Shown here piece by piece: positions 8,139 to 14,881 of a stretch of DNA of 32,481 bases. The stretch is taken from contig JAFCDH010000010.1 in NCBI GenBank assembly GCA_017609795.1, positions 1 through 32,481 on the forward strand. Direction: 5' to 3'. Every line of letters starts with the position of its first letter. Position 1 is the stretch's first letter. The notes under the pieces were generated by a model. The model did no database searches, was not told the DNA's origin, and saw only the letters and a program-made list of their open reading frames with translations. This stretch comes from Candidatus Pacearchaeota archaeon. GTDB lineage: Archaea; Nanobdellota; Nanobdellia; Pacearchaeales; GW2011-AR1. The position numbers were made by a program, and so were the translations under genes.

Positions 8139-8238
8139 TTTTTCTATATCTCTATGAATCTTAGAGCTTTGAAGATGACTTGTATAGCTTAAACTCAGTA
8201 GAACATCTCGTCCTACGCTTATAAGATATTGATATTAT
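8139..8238 (-). repeat. Intergenic repeat copy E5
   Basis: tttttctatatctctatgaatcttagagctttgaagatgacttgtatagcttaaactcagtagaacatctcgtcctacgcttataagatattgatatt. Positions 8186-8236 match 19205-19255 at 49 of 51 positions. Confidence 0.8.
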
Positions 8239-8245
8239 TTACCCC

Positions 8246-9055
8246 CTAAAACCCAGCTGGCAATGCACAGCTTTTAATTGCAAATTTAAATTCTTGATTT
8301 GTTGTTATATCTCTAATTGTGTAAATTGTATCTGAATCTCCTGTTCTAAATTTTTGAATATCATATTTAGGATAAATAATCATAAATCCTAAAATATCAA
8401 AATTGCAATATTCTGCTTCTTGATTTACAATTTCAGATGCAACCTTAGATAAATCATAAAGAGGATGAACCAAGTTTGCTTTAAATTCACTAAAGCTCTG
8501 GACCTTATCTCCCCTAGTCATTTTAAAATCTCTTTTAATATCAACAACAACTTTATTTTTCTGAAGTTTTGTTATTACCCCCATATCCCCCATTTCAATA
8601 TCATATCTTGATTCAAGTTCTGATTTTAAAGATTGAAAACAATTAGAAATTCTTGGTTGTATATAAGTAGTTATTTCCTTTTCCATATGTTCAATTAACA
8701 TTGGTCTTTGGTTTATACAAGGCTCATAATAATTAGCATTATAACATAAAAAAGTTATTTCTTCATTTCTGTAAATCATACTTCCTTTTGGCTCTAAATC
8801 TCCTCCTGTTTCTAATAAAATTTCAACAGCATCTTCAGTTGCTTCACGAGTACAGCTTTCAATATATGATTGAGGATTTGTTTCATCTCCAAAACCAAAA
8901 TCAGGTTTTTTAACTAAAAGAAAAAGTAAAAGCATAGAAACTACTAGTATCAAAGCTAAGATTATGAAGATTGTTACTTGCCCTGTCTTATTTTTAAAGA
9001 GGGGTTGACTTGTCAAGGGGATTCTTCCCCTTACAATTCTCATTTCTTCAACCAT
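8246..9055 (-). CDS. Membrane-anchored or pilin-like small protein B, paralog of ORF 3067..3834
   Basis: 269 aa. KNKTGQVTIFIILALILVVSMLLLFLLV is a hydrophobic N-terminus. Conserved LCYNANYYEPCINQRPML block and C-terminal ALPAGF. Collinear similarity to protein A. Confidence 0.7.
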   Translation of the reverse strand: MVEEMRIVRGRIPLTSQPLFKNKTGQVTIFIILALILVVSMLLLFLLVKKPDFGFGDETNPQSYIESCTREATEDAVEILLETGGDLEPKGSMIYRNEEITFLCYNANYYEPCINQRPMLIEHMEKEITTYIQPRISNCFQSLKSELESRYDIEMGDMGVITKLQKNKVVVDIKRDFKMTRGDKVQSFSEFKANLVHPLYDLSKVASEIVNQEAEYCNFDILGFMIIYPKYDIQKFRTGDSDTIYTIRDITTNQEFKFAIKSCALPAGF

Positions 9056-9315
9056 AAATTCACCCCTTGTTTTTTAATTTCAATAATCTTTTTTTCAATA
9101 AGAAGCCGCATTAAATATCCTTGAGCAGTATTCCAACTAACTTTTAGATGCTTAGCTAACTCAGAACTAGTAATCACCTTCTTTTTCCCAATATAGTTTA
9201 ATATCTTTTTTCTTATCTGTATATTCATAAGTAAATACCTATTAATATTATTATGAATATACATAGATATATAAATCTTTCTAAGAAATTTAATTAGATT
9301 TAAAATATAAATCAA
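9040..9315 (-). CDS. Small winged-helix DNA-binding protein
   Basis: ITSSELAKHLKVSWNTAQGYLMRLLIEKKIIEIKKQG is HTH-like. The true start is probably the internal Met (MNIQIRKKILNY...). Overlaps the start of ORF 8246..9055 by 16 nt. Confidence 0.45.
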   Translation of the reverse strand: MIYILNLIKFLRKIYISMYIHNNINRYLLMNIQIRKKILNYIGKKKVITSSELAKHLKVSWNTAQGYLMRLLIEKKIIEIKKQGVNLWLKK

Positions 9316-9354
9316 TAAATATTTAAAGATTGGTTCCTTTTATTATTTAATAAA

Positions 9355-9450
9355 ATGGTAGAAAAAACCATAATTAAACTAGAGAAGTTTGGAGTATTAT
9401 TAGGAATAATAGCAATAATTATATTTGGATATTTAATAATCTTTGGTTAA
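9355..9450 (+). CDS. Possible 31-aa membrane peptide
   Basis: Own translation MVEKTIIKLEKFGVLLGIIAIIIFGYLIIFG with a single hydrophobic helix. Too short for the ORF track and no homology recognised. Confidence 0.2.
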   Translation: MVEKTIIKLEKFGVLLGIIAIIIFGYLIIFG

Positions 9451-9649
9451 AATGAATTGGGAAGATAGGTTAAACATTGTTTCACATACTGTCAATTTTT
9501 CTATAGTTCTTTATATTCTGAAGTCAGCACTTCAACCAAAGACCTTTGAACTTAGTAATCCTCTTCTTGCAATTTTTGGATTAATAATAGCAATTCTTCT
9601 AAATATAATTGGAACCATTGTAGTTTTAAAAAGAAGCAAAAAACTCTAA
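9443..9649 (+). CDS. Small two-helix membrane protein (hypothetical)
   Basis: 68-aa ORF from a TTG. An in-frame ATG at 9452 gives MNWEDRLNIV.... Two hydrophobic stretches. Confidence 0.35.
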   Translation: MVKMNWEDRLNIVSHTVNFSIVLYILKSALQPKTFELSNPLLAIFGLIIAILLNIIGTIVVLKRSKKL

Positions 9650-10098
9650 TCCACATAATCCTTTAACTTAGGCAATGCCAAAACCAAATTAGGTGCAAGA
9701 ACTCCTGCCTCATTGAATTTTAATAATTCACTATAATTAAAATAATCAAAACCACCATGAATTTTAGGTTCCATTATTTTAGGAGTTCCAGAAATAATCT
9801 TGCCATAAAAAGTTCTACATAAAAAAGGACCTTCAGGAGTTTGAGTTTCATAATCTCCAAAAATTTTGCTTCCATTTACATTAATTAATTTAACGTAAAT
9901 ATCTAATTCTTGTTTTGCTTCTTTAATAGCCATTAATTCTAATCCTCTTTTAATTTGTTTAAATTTTTCATCTAATTTCCCACCTGGAAATTCCAATCTA
10001 TTACTTCTATGTTTAACATTATTAATTAACAAGGCATGATGATTTTCATTAAGAATTAAAACATTAACCATATTTGGACAAGATTTTTTAGATTTCAT
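9646..10098 (-). CDS. NUDIX-like hydrolase with degenerate Nudix box
   Basis: LEFPGGKLDEKFKQIKRGLELMAIKEAKQELDI approximates GX5EX7REUXEEXGU, with KEAKQE in place of REUXEE. Confidence 0.45.
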   Translation of the reverse strand: MKSKKSCPNMVNVLILNENHHALLINNVKHRSNRLEFPGGKLDEKFKQIKRGLELMAIKEAKQELDIYVKLINVNGSKIFGDYETQTPEGPFLCRTFYGKIISGTPKIMEPKIHGGFDYFNYSELLKFNEAGVLAPNLVLALPKLKDYVD

Positions 10099-10165
10099 GA
10101 TAAATAAAAAAATTTAATCTTCTACTCAAATCAACACCTCTTATTTAATTATTATTACTAAAGTG

Positions 10166-10897
10166 TCAATCCTCAGTCTCAACTCTAGGGGCTAAAATAA
10201 AACTTAGCTCAATAAAAGGAGTATGAAAATCAAGTTTAAGAGGATAATCTGTTGAAAAATTAATAATAGTTTTATCTGTGATTTTTGTTGCTTTAACCAT
10301 TTTTTGTAAATATTCTAAAGAATATTTAGAATTTGCTTCTTGTGCTTGAATATTTGATTCATCAGATGAAAATTCAGATTTAAATGAATTAAGAGAACCT
10401 TTGCCCTGAATTATAAATTTATCTGGACTTGAAACAAAACCACAAGAATCTGCAACAACAGAACAATCCTCAATTGCTTCTGCAAAATCTATCGAAGCCA
10501 TTTCAATCTTACTCACAAATTCTAAAATTGGAATTTCTTTTTCTTCACCTTCAATTTCAATTAAAGCTAAATTAAATTCTCTTTTTATCTTATCTTGTAT
10601 TTCAATTTTTAATGTATTTTCTTCTTTTTTCATAGTTAAAATTCCTCTAATAGAACATCTTCTTAAAACAGCTTTTAAACTTTCTAAACTAACTCCTAAT
10701 ACTTCCTCCTTTTCAACTTCAAATTCTGAAAAAGCAGAACTAGGTAATTTAAATGAAATCATTGCGACATTAGCAGGATCAATAGCAAGAATACTCATAC
10801 CTTCTTTATTTACTTTAATTCTAACCTCTAAAACTAAATCAGAAATTATACTAATAATTTCTGAGAACAATTTTGGATGGTCTAATTTTAATAGCAT
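10166..10897 (-). CDS. pcn: DNA polymerase sliding clamp (PCNA)
   Basis: 243 aa, typical archaeal PCNA length and pattern (LVLEVRIKVNKEGMSILAIDPANVAMISFKL..., C-terminal LSFILAPRVE). Divergent from the primase gene. Confidence 0.85.
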   Translation of the reverse strand: MLLKLDHPKLFSEIISIISDLVLEVRIKVNKEGMSILAIDPANVAMISFKLPSSAFSEFEVEKEEVLGVSLESLKAVLRRCSIRGILTMKKEENTLKIEIQDKIKREFNLALIEIEGEEKEIPILEFVSKIEMASIDFAEAIEDCSVVADSCGFVSSPDKFIIQGKGSLNSFKSEFSSDESNIQAQEANSKYSLEYLQKMVKATKITDKTIINFSTDYPLKLDFHTPFIELSFILAPRVETED

Positions 10898-11127
10898 ATA
10901 AGGAGTAGCTTGATTTAACTTTTAAAGATTATTATACTTTAATATAATTTATTATATAAATCAAAAATCAAACTAATACTATGAATTAATACTAGTATTT
11001 TAAGGAATCTAAAGAGACACTTTACTAAGCTTAAGCTAAACAAAACTCTTAAAATTTAGATTCAAAAAGGGCATCACCATACATTAAGATTTTAGATAAT
11101 TAGATTATAAAATAACAAGACCTAAAA

Positions 11128-13599
11128 ATGGAATTTAAAGAAAAAAGAATTAGAGAAATAACTTTTATTTATTATTCTAGGATAGATGTCAGAAAAGCAA
11201 TTTTCAAGTTTTCAAAAAATAGAGAATGTATCCCAAGATATTATGAGGATTTTGGCAAGCGCCCAGATAATTTTCAATATCCTACAGATATTTTAGAGCA
11301 AGTTAAAAAAGGAGCAACATCTTTTCATTGTTCAGAAGAATTATGGAAAGATTCATTAGAAATTTCAAATGAATTATCAGAGCAAGAATTTAATGAACTA
11401 AGAGCAGGTTGGGATTTGCTTTTAGATGTAGATTCCCCTTATTTAGAATATAGCAAAATATACACTCAACTTTTAATAGATATTTTAAAGTTTCATGGAA
11501 TTGAAAATGTAGGAGTAAAATTCAGTGTATCCGGAGATACAGATATTTTAGTTAAACTAGGAAATCAAATAAAACTTGTTAGGATTAATCAAGTGGTAGA
11601 ATTACTAAAAAAAGAGATTAAATTAGAGGTTTTATCTTTAAATAAAAATCAAAAACTTCAATTCTCAAAAATTTATAATTATTTAGAACATGAAGATATA
11701 ATCTATGATATCTTTCATTCTCAAAGTAAAATTCCATTAAAAGTAACAGGTTATCATTCAGTTTTTGTTTGGAAAAATGGAGAAATTATTCAAAAAAAAG
11801 TTTCTGAGATAAATAAAGGAGATTTTCTTATTTCATTCAATACACAAAAAAATCCAATAAGAAAGGACATTAAAGAGATAACAAATAAATTCGAATTTTC
11901 AAAAAATCAGTTTTCTAAAAAAATAGTAGAAAATAAAATACAAGTAACATTAGATTTAATGAGATTAATAGGTTATTTTTTAGCAGAAGGACATACCACA
12001 AAAATAATAAACCAAACAGGATTTACATTTCATAAAAATGAAAGAGAATATATTGATGATGTGGTAAATTTATTAAAAACTATAACTAAAAGAAAAATTT
12101 CAATAAGACACCCAAATCCAAATTCCACACAAATATTAATCCATTCAAAAGAATGGTATAATTTTTTCAAAAATAATTGTGGAGAAAAAAAGAATAAACA
12201 TGTACCTCAATTTGCATGGACTTCCTCTAGAGAATTATTTTTAGAGATGTTAAAAGGATACATAAGAGGAGATGGATACAAAGTAGGAGAATATAGCATT
12301 ATTGTTAAATCTGTTTCAAAGAGATTAATAAAAGAATTCGTTTGGTTATGCAAATTAAATAATATTTCTTGTTCCTTGTCTTCAGAAAAAAATAAACCAC
12401 ATATAATGCCTCAAGGGAATATCTTTCCAGGAAGTTTTGTTTATATTTTAAAAATCCCAAAATCTGAATTATCTTCTTTGGAATTTAATAGAGATAGAAA
12501 TAAATTCTCACCTTGTCCTGGGGATAAAATTTTTCCAATAGACGGGCTTAAAGTAGTTTATAAAAACATAAAACCAAAGATGTTTAATTATCATAGACCT
12601 GAGCAAATGACCTTGAATAAAAAAAGAGCAAATTTAAAAAGAATAAGAAAAGTTTTAGAATGGTTTGAAAAATTTAAATCAGTGGATTATGATGAGGAAT
12701 CTAAAAAAATCATTTCCAATTACTGGAAATTATTTAATTCTGATATAAATGTTGTAGAAATAAATAATATAATAAAAAAAGACAAACAAAAAGTTTATGA
12801 TATTTCTGTTGAAGAAACAGAATCTTTTTTTGGAAATGATTATCCTATATTGTTACATAATTCAGGCTCAAAAGGTTTTCATGTCATCATCCCTTGGACA
12901 GCATTTCCAAAAGAAATTTATGGACAAAAAACAAAAGATATGTTTCCAAAATGGCCAAGAGCAATTTGTGAATATCTTTCTGAAACAATAAGACCTAAAT
13001 TATCTGAAAAAATTTTTGAACAAGAAAGTTTAAAAGAAGTAGCAAAAAAAACAGGAAAAAAACAAGAAGAATTACTAATAACTGAATGTTTAATATGTAA
13101 TAGACCTGCTGTAAAAAAAGAACTTGTAACTTGGTTATGCCCTTCTTGTAAAAATCAACTAATAATGATAAAAAAAAATAAAAAAATACCCAAGTGTCCA
13201 AATGATAATTGCAGAAAAGAGATGATTTCAACTTTTTCTAAAGAAATCTTTTTTTGTGATTATTGTAATATTAGTTCTGATAAAAATCCTGAGAAGTTTG
13301 AAAAAACAAGAGAAAAAACAGAGGTTTTAATAGAAGCAGATTTAATTTTAGTTGCTCCAAGACATTTATTTAGAATGCCTTATAGTCTTCATGAAAAAAC
13401 AGCTTTGTCCTCAATAGTTATAGATAAAAATAAAATTAAGGATTTTCAAATAACAGATGCTAAACCATTTAAAATAGATATAAAAGAGTTTTACCCTAAT
13501 GCAAAGCCAGAAGAAGCAAGAGAACTTTTATTGCAAGCCTTAGATTGGAAAGAGCAAAAACAAAGACAAGAACAGAAGAAATTTTTCCTCCATGTGTAA
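11128..13599 (+). CDS. priS: DNA primase catalytic subunit PriS, interrupted by an intein
   Basis: N-extein carries WDLLLDVDS (DxD). After removal of residues 133-578 the junction reads GVKF-SGSKGFHVIIP, the conserved FSGxxGFH primase motif. Zn-ribbon-like CLICN...CPSC and CPNDNC...CDYC follow in the C-extein. Confidence 0.85.
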   Translation: MEFKEKRIREITFIYYSRIDVRKAIFKFSKNRECIPRYYEDFGKRPDNFQYPTDILEQVKKGATSFHCSEELWKDSLEISNELSEQEFNELRAGWDLLLDVDSPYLEYSKIYTQLLIDILKFHGIENVGVKFSVSGDTDILVKLGNQIKLVRINQVVELLKKEIKLEVLSLNKNQKLQFSKIYNYLEHEDIIYDIFHSQSKIPLKVTGYHSVFVWKNGEIIQKKVSEINKGDFLISFNTQKNPIRKDIKEITNKFEFSKNQFSKKIVENKIQVTLDLMRLIGYFLAEGHTTKIINQTGFTFHKNEREYIDDVVNLLKTITKRKISIRHPNPNSTQILIHSKEWYNFFKNNCGEKKNKHVPQFAWTSSRELFLEMLKGYIRGDGYKVGEYSIIVKSVSKRLIKEFVWLCKLNNISCSLSSEKNKPHIMPQGNIFPGSFVYILKIPKSELSSLEFNRDRNKFSPCPGDKIFPIDGLKVVYKNIKPKMFNYHRPEQMTLNKKRANLKRIRKVLEWFEKFKSVDYDEESKKIISNYWKLFNSDINVVEINNIIKKDKQKVYDISVEETESFFGNDYPILLHNSGSKGFHVIIPWTAFPKEIYGQKTKDMFPKWPRAICEYLSETIRPKLSEKIFEQESLKEVAKKTGKKQEELLITECLICNRPAVKKELVTWLCPSCKNQLIMIKKNKKIPKCPNDNCRKEMISTFSKEIFFCDYCNISSDKNPEKFEKTREKTEVLIEADLILVAPRHLFRMPYSLHEKTALSSIVIDKNKIKDFQITDAKPFKIDIKEFYPNAKPEEARELLLQALDWKEQKQRQEQKKFFLHV
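11524..12861 (+). mobile_element. Intein with LAGLIDADG homing-endonuclease domain inside priS
   Basis: 446 aa. Starts SVSGDTDILV (block A, Ser1), has VTGYHSVFV (TxxH block B) and two LAGLIDADG motifs (LIGYFLAEGHT, LKGYIRGDGY). Ends VYDISVEETESFFGNDYPILLHN followed by +1 Ser. Confidence 0.8.
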
Positions 13600-13922
13600 A
13601 ATTAATTTTAAAAGGAGTAAAACAAGATGGAAGAAAAAGAGCTTTATTTATTCTTATAAATTTCTTTAAATCATTAGGATTAGATAATCAAGAACTTGAA
13701 AATAGGATTAATCAATGGAATGAAAAAAACTACAAACCTTTAAAACAAGGATATATTCGTTCTCAGCTTCACTGGCATAATCAACATCAAGCAAGACTTC
13801 CACCTAATTGTGATAAGCCTCATTATAAAGATTTAGCAATCTGCAAACCAGATGCACTTTGCAGACAAATAAAAAATCCTGTTAATTATGCTGTTAAAAG
13901 GTATTTCTCAAGTATGAAGTAA
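13545..13922 (+). CDS. PriL C-terminal-domain-like Fe-S module (primase large-subunit CTD), in a different frame from priS
   Basis: FPPCVKLILKG...GRKRALFILINFF...PPNCDK...AICKPDALCRQIKNPVNY gives four Cys in the PriL-CTD 4Fe-4S pattern. The ORF opens at 13500, the first start is TTG 13545, and it overlaps the priS end by 55 nt. Confidence 0.65.
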   Translation: MERAKTKTRTEEIFPPCVKLILKGVKQDGRKRALFILINFFKSLGLDNQELENRINQWNEKNYKPLKQGYIRSQLHWHNQHQARLPPNCDKPHYKDLAICKPDALCRQIKNPVNYAVKRYFSSMK

Positions 13923-13930
13923 AATCTATT

Positions 13931-14105
13931 CTAATATTTATATTTTATAAAATATTATGAGATGGAGATGATGAGTGTTTTAAGTTAAGTAATAAAAATA
14001 GAATAAGAACTCAAAGCAGGAGTGGAGATTAAGAGATACAATCTTATTTTAAGCTAAACAAATCATCTTCAAAACATAAACATACTTTAAGATTTAAAAA
14101 TTCAA
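13931..14105 (+). repeat. Intergenic repeat copy (sense on plus strand), extended or duplicated
   Basis: ctaatatttatattttataaaatattatgagatggagatgatgag...ggagattaagagatacaatcttattttaagctaaacaaatcatcttcaaaac...ctttaagatttaaaaattc. Same modules as the minus-strand copies, oriented with the downstream sigma-like gene. Confidence 0.6.
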
Positions 14106-14146
14106 ATCAACAAAATTTATTTAAAACCTCTTTTGATTAATAGATT

Positions 14147-14836
14147 ATGGAAAAATCTAGTGAATATTCAATTCCATGCCCATTAGCTCAAAGACATGAA
14201 AATGCAGAAAGAATAAGAAAAGCTATGGCCAATAATCTAAATAATGGTAGATATCTTTATCAAATACTTTTTAGAAGAGCTAGTAAAATAATAAATACAT
14301 CTGATCGTGAAGAGATTGTTTGTAAATTTTTTTTAAATATGGTAACACAAAGACTAGAAACATTCAAATATTTTGTAGATGATAGAAAAAAAATAATTGA
14401 GAATCCTAGATTTATGGCATGGGCTTCTAAAGATATTAGAAATCTATGTGTAGACTATTTAAGAGATAAATATCGCACAAATCAAGCAGAAAATTTTACT
14501 GATTTTGAGATAAGAAAATATGGTAGAAGAAAAAGAAATGAACCTACAGACTCTCCTTTTAAAGATTCATTAGTTCAAAATACTTTTCAACAACCAGAAC
14601 AAAGATTAGCAAACTTAGAAGCAAGACAAGAATTAGGAAAAGCTCTTAAAAAACTTGATAAAAAATATAGAGATGTAATATTAAGATATTATTTTAAAGG
14701 ATTAAAATATGAAGAAATTAGAAAAACATTAAATCTTCCTCTTGGAACTGTAAGAAGCAGATTAAATAAAGCTAAAAAAAATTTAAAAAACCTTCTTTTA
14801 AAAGATGGAGAAATGATAATTAATATGAAGAATTAA
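14147..14836 (+). CDS. Sigma-70 family (ECF-like) protein with regions 2 and 4
   Basis: RFMAWASKDIRNLCVDYLRDKYR is region-2-like. LDKKYRDVILRYYFKGLKYEEIRKTLNLPLGTVRSRLNKAKKNLKNLL is a textbook region 4 HTH. Confidence 0.65.
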   Translation: MEKSSEYSIPCPLAQRHENAERIRKAMANNLNNGRYLYQILFRRASKIINTSDREEIVCKFFLNMVTQRLETFKYFVDDRKKIIENPRFMAWASKDIRNLCVDYLRDKYRTNQAENFTDFEIRKYGRRKRNEPTDSPFKDSLVQNTFQQPEQRLANLEARQELGKALKKLDKKYRDVILRYYFKGLKYEEIRKTLNLPLGTVRSRLNKAKKNLKNLLLKDGEMIINMKN

Positions 14837-14881
14837 CCAACCATCCCCAAAATTTAAATACCTCTCTTCTTTCATATTTCT

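Noticed and set aside
184-9315. Integron-like cassette array, with the repeats acting as attC sites
   Set aside because: The co-directional gene-repeat-gene layout and the TA cargo are reminiscent of an integron. However, no integrase-type recombinase is in the window and the elements lack the extended imperfect palindrome (R''-L''...L'-R') of attC. The same elements also flank core ribosomal-protein genes. A lone GCCTAAC at 16794-16800 has no matching GTTRRRY partner. A looser cassette-insertion idea is kept as a finding.
10898-11127. Replication origin in the divergent PCNA-primase spacer
   Set aside because: The spacer is AT-rich and next to replication genes, but it has no recognisable ORB-type repeats and no adjacent orc1/cdc6 gene. 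It contains only a degenerate fragment of the generic intergenic repeat.
13556-13590. Programmed -1 ribosomal frameshift joining PriS to the PriL-CTD-like ORF
   Set aside because: No canonical slippery heptamer lies in the zero frame and no obvious downstream stem-loop or pseudoknot is present. A homopolymer length error or separate TTG initiation are simpler explanations. Kept only as an open question in the findings.
13968-13974. C/D-box sRNA genes inside the repeats (ATGATGA here; GATGA-like and CTGA motifs in other copies)
   Set aside because: Box-like motifs are not at consistent spacing, most copies deviate from RUGAUGA, and no C/D plus C'/D' quartet with 12-nt guide spacing could be assembled in any copy.
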